Of a stretch of DNA of 64,000 nucleotides, positions 38,401-53,400 are shown piece by piece. A program made the translations under genes and the position numbers. The notes under the pieces were generated by a model, which saw only the letters and a list, made by a program, of their open reading frames with translations, was not told the origin of the DNA and did no database searches. Within the stretch, counting starts at the first letter, position 1, and each line of letters starts with the position of its first letter. Source of the DNA: Lingula anatina (Eukaryota; Animalia; Brachiopoda); assembly GCA_051362555.1 (NCBI GenBank), contig JBPQGU010000016.1, forward strand, positions 3,534,001-3,598,000, in the 5' to 3' direction.

Positions 38401-41400
38401 TCCCCCCCCCCCTCTCTCAGATTCTGTTCTCAGAGCTTATTTTTGGATCATCTTTAAAGCTAGAATTGAGGGCCTTCATGAAGTGACCCGGGCGCGTTTC
38501 CACATTTTTTATGAATGACAGATGTGGTAGATTGATTTTCGTCACTTTTTGGAAAAATCGGAGACGGGTCGATTTTTGGTGATTTTGAGTGATTTTGAAC
38601 AGTGCAGGCACTGTGAGATTTCTTCAATTTTGGCCAGGTAGGGATGAAAAATTTTTTTCTTCATTATAGTGTCAGGTAGGTGTGTTCGGTCATTTGTAGT
38701 AAGAATAAAGTGCTGGAAGAGTGGTGGTGTCAACATTAAGGAAGAAATAGAGCAAAAACTCTGTCTCCCCCCCCCCCCCTCTCAGATTCTGTTCTCAGAG
38801 CTTATTTTTGGATCATCTTTAAAGCTAGAATTGAGGGCCTTCATGAAGTGACCCGGGCGCGTTTCCACATTTTTTATGAATGACAGATGTGGTAGATTGA
38901 TTTTCGTCACTTTTTGGAAAAATCGGAGACGGGTCGATTTTTGGTGATTTTGAGTGATTTTGAACAGTGCCGGCACTGTGAGATTTCTTCAATTTTGGCC
39001 AGGTAGGGATGAAAAATTTTTTTCTTCATTATAGTGTCAGGTAGGTGTGTTCGGTCATTTGTAGTAAGAATAAAGTGCTGGAAGAGTGGTGGTGTCAACA
39101 TTAAGGAAGAAATAGAGCAAAAACTCTGTCTCCCCCCCCCTCTCAGATTCTGTTCTCAGAGCTTATTTTTGGATCATCTTTAAAGCTAGAATTGAGGGCC
39201 TTCATGAAGTGACCTGGGCGCGTTTCCACATTTTTTATGAATGACAGATGTGGTAGATTGATTTTCGTCACTTTTTGAAAAAATCGGAGACGGGTCGATT
39301 TTTGGTGATTTTGAGTGATTTTGAACAGTGCCGGCACTGTGAGATTTCTTCAATTTTGGCCAGGTAGGGATGAAAAATTTTTTTCTTCATTATAGTGTCA
39401 GGTAGGTGTGTTCGGTCATTTGTAGTAAGAATAAAGTGCTGGAAGAGTGGTGGTGTCAACATTAAGGAAGAAATAGAGCAAAAACTCTGTCTCCCCCCCC
39501 CCTCTCAGATTCTGTTCTCAGAGCTTATTTTTGGATCATCTTTAAAGCTAGAATTGAGGGCCTTCATGAAGTGACCCGGGCGCGTTTCCACATTTTTTAT
39601 GAATGACAGATGTGGTAGATTGATTTTCGTCACTTTTTGGAAAAATCGGAGACGGGTCGATTTTTGGTGATTTTGAGTGATTTTGAACAGTGCCGGCACT
39701 GTGAGATTTCTTCAATTTTGGCCAGGTAGGGATGAAAAATTTTTTTCTTCATTATAGTGTCAGGTAGGTGTTTCGGTCATTTGTAGTAAGAATAAAGTGC
39801 TGGAAGAGTGGTGGTGTCAACATTAAGGAAGAAATAGAGCAAAAACTCTGTCTCCCCCCCCCCCCCCTCTCAGATTCTGTTCTCAGAGCTTATTTTTGGA
39901 TCATCTTTAAAGCTAGAATTGAGGGCCTTCATGAAGTGACCCGGGCGCGTTTCCACATTTTTTATGAATGACAGATGTGGTAGATTGATTTTCGTCACTT
40001 TTTGGAAAAATCGGAGACGGGTCGATTTTTGGTGATTTTGAGTGATTTTCAACAGTGCCGGCACTGTGAGATTTCTTCAATTTTGGCCAGGTAGGGATGA
40101 AAAATTTTTTTCTTCATTATAGTGTCAGGTAGGTGTGTTCGGTCATTTGTAGTAAGAATAAAGTGCTGGAAGAGTGGTGGTGTCAACATTAAGGAAGAAA
40201 TAGAGCAAAAACTCTGTCTCCCCCCCCCCTCTCTCAGATTCTGTTCTCAGAGCTTATTTTTGGATCATCTTTAAAGCTAGAATTGAGGGCCTTCATGAAG
40301 TGACCCGGGCGCGTTTCCACATTTTTTATGAATGACAGATGTGGTAGATTGATTTTCGTCACTTTTTGGAAAAATCGGAGACGGGTCGATTTTTGGTGAT
40401 TTTGAGTGATTTTGAACAGTGCCGGCACTGTGAGATTTCTTCAATTTTGGCCAGGTAGGGATGAAAAATTTTTTTCTTCATTATAGTGTCAGGTAGGTGT
40501 GTTCGGTCATTTGTAGTAAGAATAAAGTGCTGGAAGAGTGGTGGTGTCAACATTAAGGAAGAAATAGAGCAAAAACTCTGTCTCCCCCCCCCTCTCAGAT
40601 TCTGTTCTCAGAGCTTATTTTTGGATCATCTTTAAAGCTAGAATTGAGGGCCTTCATGAAGTGACCTGGGCGCGTTTCCACATTTTTTATGAATGACAGA
40701 TGTGGTAGATTGATTTTCGTCACTTTTTGGAAAAATCGGAGACGGGTCGATTTTTGGTGATTTTGAGTGATTTTGAACAGTGCCGGCACTGTGAGATTTC
40801 TTCAATTTTGGCCAGGTAGGGATGAAAAATTTTTTTCTTCATTATAGTGTCAGGTAGGTGTGTTCGGTCATTTGTAGTAAGAATAAAGTGCTGGAAGAGT
40901 GGTGGTGTCAACATTAAGGAAGAAATAGAGCAAAAACTCTGTCTCCCCCCCCCTCTCAGATTCTGTTCTCAGAGCTTATTTTTGGATCATCTTTAAAGCT
41001 AGAATTGAGGGCCTTCATGAAGTGACCCGTTCGCGTTTCCACATTTTTTATGAATGACAGATGTGGTAGATTGTTTTTCGTCACTTTTTGGAAAAATCGG
41101 AGACGGGTCGATTTTTGGTGATTTTGAGTGATTTTGAACAGTGCCGGCACTGCCAGATTTCTTCAATTTTGGCCAGGTAGGGATGAAAAATTTTTTTCTT
41201 CATTATAGTGTCAGGTAGGTGTGTTCGGTCATTTGTAGTAAGAATAAAGTGCTGGAAGAGTGGTGGTGTCAACATTAAGGAAGAAATAGAGCAAAAACTC
41301 TGTCTCCCCCCCCCCCCTCTCTGATTCTGTTCTCAGAGCTTATTTTTGGATCATCTTTAAAGCTAGAATTGAGGGCCTTCATGAAGTGACCCGGGCGCGT

Positions 41401-44400
41401 TTCCACATTTTTTATGAATGACAGATGTGGTAGATTGTTTTTCGTCACTTTTTGGAAAAATCGGAGACATGTCGATTTTTGGTGATTTTGAGTGATTTTG
41501 AACAGTGCCGGCACTGTGAGATTTCTTCAATTTTGGCCAGGTAGGGATGAAAAATTTTTTTCTTCATTATAGTGTCAGGTAGGTGTGTTCGGTCATTTGT
41601 AGTAAGAATAAAGTGCTGGAAGAGTGGTGGTGTCAACATTAAGGAAGAAATAGAGCAAAAACTCTGTCTCCCCCCCCCCTCTCAGATTCTGTTCTCAGAG
41701 CTTATTTTTGGATCATCTTTAAAGCTAGAATTGAGGGCCTTCATGAAGTGACCCGGGCGCGTTTCCACATTTTTTATGAATGACAGATGTGGTAGATTGA
41801 TTTTCGTCACTTTTTGGAAAAATCGGAGACGGGTCGATTTTTGGTGATTTTGAGTGATTTTGAACAGTGCCGGCACTGTGAGATTTCTTCAATTTGGGCC
41901 AGGTAGGGATGAAAAATTTTTTTCTTCATTATAGTGTCAGGTAGGTGTGTTCGGTCATTTGTAGTAAGAATAAAGTGCTGGAAGAGTGGTGGTGTCAACA
42001 TTAAGGAAGAAATAGAGCAAAAACTCTGTCTCCCCTCCCCTCTCAGATTCTGTTCTCAAAGCTTATTTTTGGATCATCTTTAAAGCTAGAATTGAGGGCC
42101 TTCATGAAGTGACCAGGGCGCATTTCCACATTTTTTATGAATGACAGATGTGGTAGATTGTTTTTCGTCACTTTTTGGAAAAATCGGAGACGGGTCGATT
42201 TTTGGTGATTTTGAGTGATTTTGAACAGTGCCGGCACTGTGAGATTTCTTCAATTTTGGCCAGGTAGGGATGAAAAATTTTTTTCTTCATTATAGTGTCA
42301 GGTAGGTGTGTTCGGTCATTTGTAGTAAGAATAAAGTGCTGGAAGAGTGGTGGTGTCAACATTAAGGAAGAAATAGAGCAAAAACTCTGTCTCCCCCCCC
42401 CCCCTCTCAGATTCTGTTCTCAGAGCTTATTTTTGGATCATCTTTAAAGCTAGAATTGAGGGCCTTCATGAAGTGACTCGGGCGCGTTTCCACATTTTTT
42501 ATGAATGACAGATGTGGTAGATTGATTTTCGTCACTTTTTGGAAAAATCGGAGACGGGTCGATTTTTGGTGATTTTGAGTGATTTTGAACAGTGCCGGCA
42601 CTGTGAGATTTCTTCAATTTTGGCCAAGTAGGGATGAAAAATTTTTTTCTTCATTATAGTGTCAGGTAGGTGTGTTCGGTCATTTGTAGTAAGAATAAAG
42701 TGCTGGAAGAGTGGTGGTGTCAACATTAAGGAAGAAATAGAGCAAAAACTCTGTCTCCCCCCCCCTCTCAGATTCTGTTCTCAGAGCTTATTTTTGGATC
42801 ATCTTTAAAGCTAGAATTGAGGGCCTTCATGAAGTGACCCGGGCGCGTTTCCACATTTTTTATGAATGACAGATGTGGCAGATTGTTTTTCTTCACTTTT
42901 TGGAAAAATCGGAGACGGGTCGATTTTTGGTGATTTTGAGTGATTTTGAACAGTGCCGGCACTGTGAGATTTCTTCAATTTTGGCCAGGTAGGGATGAAA
43001 AATTTTTTTCTTCATTATAGTGTCAGGTAGGTGTGTTCGGTCATTTGTAGTAAGAATAAAGTGCTGGAAGAGTGGTGGTGTCAACATTAAGGAAGAAATA
43101 GAGCAAAAACTCTGTCTCCCCCCCCCCCCCCTCTCAGATTCTGTTCTCAGAGCTTATTTTTGGATCATCTTTAAAGCTAGAATTGAGGGCCTTCATGAAG
43201 TGACCCGGGCGCGTTTCCACATTTTTTATGAATGACAGATGTGGTAGATTGATTTTCGTCACTTTTTGGAAAAATCGGAGACGGGTCGATTTTTGGTGAT
43301 TTTGAGTGATTTTGAACAGTGCCGGCACTGTGAGATTTCTTCAATTTTGGCCAGGTAGGGATGAAAAATTTTTTTCTTCATTATAGTGTCAGGTAGGTGT
43401 GTTCGGTCATTTGTAGTAAGAATAAAGTGCTGGAAGAGTGGTGGTGTCAACATTAAGGAAGAAATAGAGCAAAAACTCTGTCTCCCCCCCCCCTCTCAGA
43501 TTCTGTTCTCAGAGCTTATTTTTGGATCATCTTTAAAGCTAGAATTGAGGGCCTTCATGAAGTGACCCGGGCGCGTTTCCACATTTTTTATGAATGACAG
43601 ATGTGGTAGATTGATTTTCGTCACTTTTTGGAAAAATCGGAGACGGGTCGATTTTTGGTGATTTTGAGTGATTTTGAACAGTGCCGGCACTGTGAGATTT
43701 CTTCAATTTTGGCCAGGTAGGGATGAAAAATTTTTTTCTTCATTATAGTGTCAGGTAGGTGTGTTCGGTCATTTGTAGTAAGAATAAAGTGCTGGAAGAG
43801 TGGTGGTGTCAACATTAAGGAAGAAATAGAGCAAAAACTCTGTCTCCCCCCCCCTCTCAGATTCTGTTCTCAGAGCTTATTTTTGGATTATCTTTAAAGC
43901 TAGAATTGAGGGCCTTCATGAAGTGACCCGGGCGCGTTTCCACATTTTTTATGAATGACAGATGTGGCAGATTGATTTTCGTCACTTTTTGGAAAAATCG
44001 GAGACGGGTCGATTTTTGGTGATTTTGAGTGATTTTGAACAGTGCCGGCACTGTGAGATTTCTTCAATTTTGGCCAGGTAGGGATGAAAAATTTTTTTCT
44101 TCATTATAGTGTCAGGTAGGTGTGTTCGGTCATTTGTAGTAAGAATAAAGTGCTGGAAGAGTGGTGGTGTCAACATTAAGGAAGAAATAGAGCAAAAACT
44201 CTGTCTCCCCCCCCCTCTCAGATTCTGTTCTCAGAGCTTATTTTTGGATCATCTTTAAAGCTAGAATTGAGGGCCTTCATGAAGTGACCCGGGCGCGTTT
44301 CCACATTTTTTATGAATGACAGATGTGGTAGATTGTTTTTCATCACTTTTTGGAAAAATCGGAGACATGTCGATTTTTGGTGATTTTGAGTGATTTTGAA

Positions 44401-47400
44401 CAGTGCCGGCACTGTGAGATTTCTTCAATTTTGGCCAGGTAGGGATGAAAAATTTTTTTCTTCATTATAGTGTCAGGTAGGTGTGTTCGGTCATTTGTAG
44501 TAAGAATAAAGTGCTGGAAGAGTGGTGGTGTCAACATTAAGGAAGAAATAGAGCAAAAACTCTGTCTCCCCCCCCCTCTCAGATTCTGTTCTCAGAGCTT
44601 ATTTTTGGATCATCTTTAAAGCTAGAATTGAGGGCCTTCATGAAGTGACCCGGGCGCGTTTCCACATTTTTTATGAATGACAGATGTGGTAGATTGATTT
44701 TCGTCACTTTTTGGAAAAATCGGAGACGGGTCGATTTTTGGTGATTTTGAGTGATTTTGAACAGTGCCGGCACTGTGAGATTTCTTCAATTTTGGCCAGG
44801 TAGGGATGAAAAATTTTTTTCTTCATTATAGTGTCAGGTAGGTGTGTTCGGTCATTTGTAGTAAGAATAAAGTGCTGGAAGAGTGGTGGTGTCAACATTA
44901 AGGAAGAAATAGAGCAAAAACTCTGTCTCCCCTCCCCTCTCAGATTCTGTTCTCAGAGCTTATTTTTGGATCATCTTTAAAGCTAGAATTGAGGGCCTTC
45001 ATGAAGTGACCAGGGCGCATTTCCACATTTTTTATGAATGACAGATGTGGTAGATTGTTTTTCGTCACTTTTTGGAAAAATCGGAGACGGGTCGATTTTT
45101 GGTGATTTTGAGTGATTTTGAACAGTGCCGGCACTGTGAGATTTCTTCAATTTTGGCCAGGTAGGGATGAAAAATTTTTTTCTTCATTATAGTGTCAGGT
45201 AGGTGTGTTCGGTCATTTGTAGTAAGAATAAAGTGCTGGAAGAGTGGTGGTGTCAACATTAAGGAAGAAATAGAGCAAAAACTCTGTCTCCCCTCCCCTC
45301 TCAGATTCTGTTCTCAAAGCTTATTTTTGGATCATCTTTAAAGCTAGAATTGAGGGCCTTCATGAAGTGACCAGGGCGCATTTCCACATTTTTTATGAAT
45401 GACAGATGTGGTAGATTGTTTTTCGTCACTTTTTGGAAAAATCGGAGACGGGTCGATTTTTGGTGATTTTGAGTGATTTTGAACAGTGCCGGCACTGTGA
45501 GATTTCTTCAATTTTGGCCAGGTAGGGATGAAAAATTTTTTTCTTCATTATAGTGTCAGGTAGGTGTGTTCGGTCATTTGTAGTAAGAATAAAGTGCTGG
45601 AAGAGTGGTGGTGTCAACATTAAGGAAGAAATAGAGCAAAAACTCTGTCTCCCCCCCCCCTCTCAGATTCTGTTCTCAGAGCTTATTTTTGGATCATCTT
45701 TAAAGCTAGAATTGAGGGCCTTCATGAAGTGACCCGGGCGCGTTTCCACATTTTTTATGAATGACAGATGTGGTAGATTGATTTTCGTCACTTTTTGGAA
45801 AAATCGGAGACGGGTCGATTTTTGGTGATTTTGAGTGATTTTGAACAGTGCCGGCACTGTGAGATTTCTTCAATTTTGGCCAAGTAGGGATGAAAAATTT
45901 TTTTCTTCATTATAGTGTCAGGTAGGTGTGTTCGGTCATTTGTAGTAAGAATAAAGTGCTGGAAGAGTGGTGGTGTCAACATTAAGGAAGAAATAGAGCA
46001 AAAACTCTGTCTCCCCCCCCTCTCAGATTCTGTTCTCAGAGCTTATTTTTGGATCATCTTTAAAGCTAGAATTGAGGGCCTTCATGAAGTGACCCGGGCG
46101 CGTTTCCACATTTTTTATGAATGACAGATGTGGCAGATTGTTTTTCGTCACTTTTTGGAAAAATCGGAGACGGGTCGATTTTTGGTGATTTTGAGTGATT
46201 TTGAACAGTGCCGGCACTGTGAGATTTCTTCAATTTTGGCCAGGTAGGGATGAAAAATTTTTTTCTTCATTATAGTGTCAGGTAGGTGTGTTCGGTCATT
46301 TGTAGTAAGAATAAAGTGCTGGAAGAGTGGTGGTGTCAACATTAAGGAAGAAATAGAGCAAAAACTCTGTCTCCCCCCCCCCCCCTCTCAGATTCTGTTC
46401 TCAGAGCTTATTTTTGGATCATCTTTAAAGCTAGAATTGAGGGCCTTCATGAAGTGACCCGGGCGCGTTTCCACATTTTTTATGAATGACAGATGTGGTA
46501 GATTGATTTTCGTCACTTTTTGGAAAAATCGGAGACGGGTCGATTTTTGGTGATTTTGAGTGATTTTGAACAGTGCCGGCACTGTGAGATTTCTTCAATT
46601 TTGGCCAGGTAGGGATGAAAAATTTTTTTCTTCATTATAGTGTCAGGTAGGTGTGTTCGGTCATTTGTAGTAAGAATAAAGTGCTGGAAGAGTGGTGGTG
46701 TCAACATTAAGGAAGAAATAGAGCAAAAACTCTGTCTCCCCCCCCCTCTCAGATTCTGTTCTCAGAGCTTATTTTTGGATCATCTTTAAAGCTAGAATTG
46801 AGGGCCTTCATGAAGTGACCCGGGCGCGTTTCCACATTTTTTATGAATGACAGATGTGGTAGATTGATTTTCGTCACTTTTTGGAAAAATCGGAGACGGG
46901 TCGATTTTTGGTGATTTTGAGTGATTTTGAACAGTGCCGGCACTGTGAGATTTCTTCAATTTTGGCCAGGTAGGGATGAAAAATTTTTTTCTTCATTATA
47001 GTGTCAGGTAGGTGTGTTCGGTCATTTGTAGTAAGAATAAAGTGCTGGAAGAGTGGTGGTGTCAACATTAAGGAAGAAATAGAGCAAAAACTCTGTCTCC
47101 CCCCCCCTCTCAGATTCTGTTCTCAGAGCTTATTTTTGGATTATCTTTAAAGCTAGAATTGAGGGCCTTCATGAAGTGACCCGGGCGCGTTTCCACATTT
47201 TTTATGAATGACAGATGTGGCAGATTGATTTTCGTCACTTTTTGGAAAAATCGGAGACGGGTCGATTTTTGGTGATTTTGAGTGATTTTGAACAGTGCCG
47301 GCACTGTGAGATTTCTTCAATTTTGGCCAGGTAGGGATGAAAAATTTTTTTCTTCATTATAGTGTCAGGTAGGTGTGTTCGGTCATTTGTAGTAAGAATA

Positions 47401-50400
47401 AAGTGCTGGAAGAGTGGTGGTGTCAACATTAAGGAAGAAATAGAGCAAAAACTCTGTCTCCCCCCCCCTCTCAGATTCTGTTCTCAGAGCTTATTTTTGG
47501 ATCATCTTTAAAGCTAGAATTGAGGGCCTTCATGAAGTGACCCGGGCGCGTTTCCACATTTTTTATGAATGACAGATGTGGTAGATTGTTTTTCATCACT
47601 TTTTGGAAAAATCGGAGACATGTCGATTTTTGGTGATTTTGAGTGATTTTGAACAGTGCCGGCACTGTGAGATTTCTTCAATTTTGGCCAGGTAGGGATG
47701 AAAAATTTTTTTCTTCATTATAGTGTCAGGTAGGTGTGTTCGGTCATTTGTAGTAAGAATAAAGTGCTGGAAGAGTGGTGGTGTCAACATTAAGGAAGAA
47801 ATAGAGCAAAAACTCTGTCTCCCCCCCCCCTCTCAGATTCTGTTCTCAGAGCTTATTTTTGGATCATCTTTAAAGCTAGAATTGAGGGCCTTCATGAAGT
47901 GACCCGGGCGCGTTTCCACATTTTTTATGAATGACAGATGTGGTAGATTGATTTTCGTCACTTTTTGGAAAAATCGGAGACGGGTCGATTTTTGGTGATT
48001 TTGAGTGATTTTGAACAGTGCCGGCACTGTGAGATTTCTTCAATTTTGGCCAGGTAGGGATGAAAAATTTTTTTCTTCATTATAGTGTCAGGTAGGTGTG
48101 TTCGGTCATTTGTAGTAAGAATAAAGTGCTGGAAGAGTGGTGGTGTCAACATTAAGGAAGAAATAGAGCAAAAACTCTGTCTCCCCTCCCCTCTCAGATT
48201 CTGTTCTCAGAGCTTATTTTTGGATCATCTTTAAAGCTAGAATTGAGGGCCTTCATGAAGTGACCAGGGCGCATTTCCACATTTTTTATGAATGACAGAT
48301 GTGGTAGATTGTTTTTCGTCACTTTTTGGAAAAATCGGAGACGGGTCGATTTTTGGTGATTTTGAGTGATTTTGAACAGTGCCGGCACTGTGAGATTTCT
48401 TCAATTTTGGCCAGGTAGGGATGAAAAATTTTTTTCTTCATTATAGTGTCAGGTAGGTGTGTTCGGTCATTTGTAGTAAGAATAAAGTGCTGGAAGAGTG
48501 GTGGTGTCAACATTAAGGAAGAAATAGAGCAAAAACTCTGTCTCCCCCCCCCCTCTCAGATTCTGTTCTCAGAGCTTATTTTTGGATCATCTTTAAAGCT
48601 AGAATTGAGGGCCTTCATGAAGTGACCCGGGCGCGTTTCCACATTTTTTATGAATGACAGATGTGGTAGATTGATTTTCGTCACTTTTTGGAAAAATCGG
48701 AGACGGGTCGATTTTTGGTGATTTTGAGTGATTTTGAACAGTGCCGGCACTGTGAGATTTCTCCAATTTTGGCCAGGTAGGGATGAAAAATTTTTTTCTT
48801 CATTATAGTGTCAGGTAGGTGTGTTCGGTCATTTGTAGTAAGAATAAAGTGCTGGAAGAGTGGTGGTGTCAACATTAAGGAAGAAATAGAGCAAAAACTC
48901 TGTCTCCCCCCCCCCCCCTCTCAGATTCTGTTCTCAGAGCTTATTTTTGGATCATCTTTAAAGCTAGAATTGAGGGCCTTCATGAAGTGACCCGGGCGCG
49001 TTTCCACATTTTTTATGAATGACAGATGTGGTAGATTGATTTTCGTCACTTTTTGGAAAAATCGGAGACGGGTCGATTTTTGGTGATTTTGAGTGATTTT
49101 GAACAGTGCCGGCACTGTGAGATTTCTTCAATTTTGGCCAGGTAGGGATGAAAAATTTTTTTCTTCATTATAGTGTCAGGTAGGTGTGTTCGGTCATTTG
49201 TAGTAAGAATAAAGTGCTGGAAGAGTGGTGGTGTCAACATTAAGGAAGAAATAGAGCAAAAACTCTGTCTCCCCCCCCCACACAGATTCTGTTCTCAGAG
49301 CTTATTTTTGGATTATCTTTAAAGCTAGAATTGAGGGCCTTCATGAAGTGACCCGGGCGCGTTACCACATTTTTTATGAATGACAGATGTGGTAGATTGA
49401 TTTTCGTCACTTTTTGGAAAAATCGGAGACGGGTCGATTTTTGGTGATTTTGAGTGATTTTGAACAGTGCCGGCACTGTGAGATTTCTTCAATTTTGGCC
49501 AGGTAGGGATGAAAAATTTTTTTCTTCATTATAGTGTCAGGTAGGTGTGTTCGGTCATTTGTAGTAAGAATAAAGTGCTGGAAGAGTGGTGGTGTCAACA
49601 TTAAGGAAGAAATAGAGCAAAAACTCTGTCTCCCCCCCCCCCTCTCAGATTCTGTTCTCAGAGCTTATTTTTGGATCATCTTTAAAGCTAGAATTGAGGG
49701 CCTTCATGAAGTGACCCGGGCGCGTTTCCACATTTTTTATGAATGACAGATGTGGTAGATTGATTTTCGTCACTTTTTGGAAAAATCGGAGACGGGTCGA
49801 TTTTTGGTGATTTTGAGTGATTTTGAACAGTGCCGGCACTGTGAGATTTCTTCAATTTTGGCCAGGTAGGGATGAAAATTTTTTTTCTTCATTATAGTGT
49901 CAGGTAGGTGTGTTCGGTCATTTGTAGTAAGAATAAAGTGCTGGAAGAGTGGTGGTGTCAACATTAAGGAAGAAATAGAGCAAAAACTCTGTCTCCCCCC
50001 CCCCTCTCAGATTCTGTTCTCAGAGCTTATTTTTGGATCATCTTTAAAGCTAGAATTGAGGGCCTTCATGAAGTGACCCGGGCGCGTTTCCACATTTTTT
50101 ATGAATGACAGATGTGGTAGATTGATTTTCGTCACTTTTTGGAAAAATCGGAGACGGGTCGATTTTTGGTGATTTTGAGTGATTTTGAACAGTGCCGGCA
50201 CTGTGAGATTTCTTCAATTTTGGCCAGGTAGGGATGAAAAATTTTTTTCTTCATTATAGTGTCAGGTAGGTGTGTTCGGTCATTTGTAGTAAGAATAAAG
50301 TGCTGGAAGAGTGGTGGTGTCAACATTAAGGAAGAAATAGAGCAAAAACTCTGTCTCCCCCCCCCCCCTCTCAGATTCTGTTCTCAGAGCTTATTTTTGG

Positions 50401-53400
50401 ATCATCTTTAAAGCTAGAATTGAGGGCCTTCATGAAGTGACCCGGGCGCGTTTCCACATTTTTTATGAATGACAGATGTGGCAGATTGATTTTCGTCACT
50501 TTTTGGAAAAATCGGAGACGGGTCGATTTTTGGTGATTTTGAGTGATTTAGAACAGTGCCGGCACTGTGAGATTTCTTCAATTTTGGCCAGGTAGGGATG
50601 AAAAATTTTTTCTTCATTATAGTGTCAGGTAGGTGTGTTCAGTCATTTGTAGTAAGAATAAAGTGCTGGAAGAGTGGTGGTGTCAACATTAAAGAAGAAA
50701 TAGAGCAAAAACTCTGTCTCCCCCCCCCTCTCAGATTCTGTTCTCAGAGCTTATTTTTGGATCATCTTTAAAGCTAGAATTGAGGGCCTTCATGAAGTGA
50801 CCCGGGCGCGTTTCCACATTTTTTATGAATGACAGATGTGGTAGATTGATTTTCGTCACTTTTTGGAAAAATCGGAGACGGGTCGATTTTTGGTGATTTT
50901 GAGTGATTTTGAACAGTGCCGGCACTGTGAGATTTCTTCAATTTTGGCCAGGTAGGGATGAAAAATTTTTTTCTTCATTATAGTGTCAGGTAGGTGTGTT
51001 CGGTCATTTGTAGTAAGAATAAAGTGCTGGAAGAGTGGTGGTGTCAACATTAAGGAAGAAATAGAGCAAAAACTCTGTCTCCCCCCCCCTCTCAGATTCT
51101 GTTCTCAGAGCTTATTTTTGGATCATCTTTAAAGCTAGAATTGAGGGCCTTCATGAAGTGACCCGGGCGCGTTTCCACATTTTCTATGAATGACAGATGT
51201 GGTAGATTGATTTTCGTCACTTTTTGGAAAAATCGGAGACGGGTCGATTTTTGGTGATTTTGAGTGATTTTGAACAGTGCCGGCACTGTGAGATTTCTTC
51301 AATTTTGGCCAGGTAGGGATGAAAAATTTTTTTCTTCATTATAGTGTCAGGTAGGTGTGTTCGGTCATTTGTAGTAAGAATAAAGTGCTGGAAGAGTGGT
51401 GGTGTCAACATTAAGGAAGAAATAGAGCAAAAACTCTGTCTCCCCCCCCCCCTCTCAGATTCTGTTCTCAGAGCTTATTTTTGGATCATCTTTAAAGCTA
51501 GAATTGAGGGCCTTCATGAAGTGACCCGGGCGCGTTTCCACATTTTTTATGAATGACAGATGTGGTAGATTGATTTTCGTCACTTTTTGGAAAAATCGGA
51601 GATGGGTCGATTTTTGGTGATTTTGAGTGATTTTGAACAGTGCCGGCACTGTGAGATTTCTTCAATTTTGGCCAGGTAGGGATGAAAAATTTTTTTCTTC
51701 ATTATAGTGTCAGGTAGGTGTGTTCGGTCATTTGTAGTAAGAATAAAGTGCTGGAAGAGTGGTGGTGTCAACATTAAGGAAGAAATAGAGCAAAAACTCT
51801 GTCTCCCCCCCCCCCCCCTTCTCAGATTCTGTTCTCAGAGCTTATTTTTGGATCATCTTTAAAGCTAGAATTGAGGGCCTTCATGAAGTGACCCGGGCGC
51901 GTTTCCACATTTTTTATGAATGACAGATGTGGTAGATTGATTTTCGTCACTTTTGGGAAAAATCGGAGACGGGTCGATTTTTGGTGATTGTGAGTGATTT
52001 TGAACAGTGCCGGAACTGTGAGATTTCTTCAATTTTGGCCAGGTAGGGATGAAAAATTTTTTTCTTCATTATAGTGTCATGTAGGTGTGTTCGGTCATTT
52101 GTAGTAAGAATAAAGTACTGGAAGAGTGGTGGTGTCAACATTAAGGAAGAAATAGAGCAAAAACTCTGTCTCCCCCCCCCCTCTCAGATTCTGTTCTCAG
52201 AGCTTATTTTTGGATCATCTTTAAAGCTAGAATTGAGGGCCTTCATGAAGTGACCCGGGCGCGTTTCCACATTTTTTATGAATGACAGATGTGGTAGATT
52301 GATTTTCGTCACTTTTTGGAAAAATCGGAGACGGGTCGATTTTTGGTGATTTTGAGTGATTTTGAACAGTGCCGGCACTGTGAGATTTCTTCAATTTTGG
52401 CCAGGTAGGGATGAAAAATTTTTTCTTCATTATAGTGTCAGGTAGGTGTGTTCGGTCATTTGTAGTAAGAATAAAGTGCTGGAAGAGTGGTGGTGTCAAC
52501 ATTAAGGAAGAAATAGAGCAAAAACTCTGTCTCCCCCCCCCCCTCTCAGATTCTGTTCTCAGAGCTTATTTTTGGATCATCTTTAAAGCTAGAATTGAGG
52601 GCCTTCATGAAGTGACCCGGGCGCGTTTCCACATTTTTTATGAATGACAGATGTGGTAGATTGATTTTCGTCACTTTTTGGAAAAATCGGAGATGGGTCG
52701 ATTTTTGGTGATTTTGAGTGATTTTGAACAGTGCCGGCACTGTGAGATTTCTTCAATTTTGGCCAGGTAGGGATGAAAAATTTTTTTCTTCATTATAGTG
52801 TCAGGTAGGTGTGTTCGGTCATTTGTAGTAAGAATAAAGTGCTGGAAGAGTGGTGGTGTCAACATTAAGGAAGAAATAGAGCAAAAACTCTGTCTCCCCC
52901 CCCCCCCCCCCCCCTTCTCAGATTCTGTTCTCAGAGCTTATTTTTGGATCATCTTTAAAGCTAGAATTGAGGGCCTTCATGAAGTGACCCTGGCGCGTTT
53001 CCACATTTTTTATGAATGACAGATGTGGTAGATTGATTTTCGTCACTTTTGGGAAAAATCGGAGACGGGTCGATTTTTGGTGATTGTGAGTGATTTTGAA
53101 CAGTGCCGGAACTGTGAGATTTCTTCAATTTTGGCCAGGTAGGGATGAAAAATTTTTTTCTTCATTATAGTGTCAGGTAGGTGTGTTCGGTCATTTGTAG
53201 TAAGAATAAAGTGCTGGAAGAGTGGTGGTGTCAACATTAAGGAAGAAATAGAGCAAAAACTCTGTCTCCCCCCCCCTCTCAGATTCTGTTCTCAGAGCTT
53301 ATTTTTGGATCATCTTTAAAGCTAGAATTGAGGGCCTTCATGAAGTGACCCGGGCGCGTTTCCACATTTTTTATGAATGACAGATGTGGTAGATTGATTT

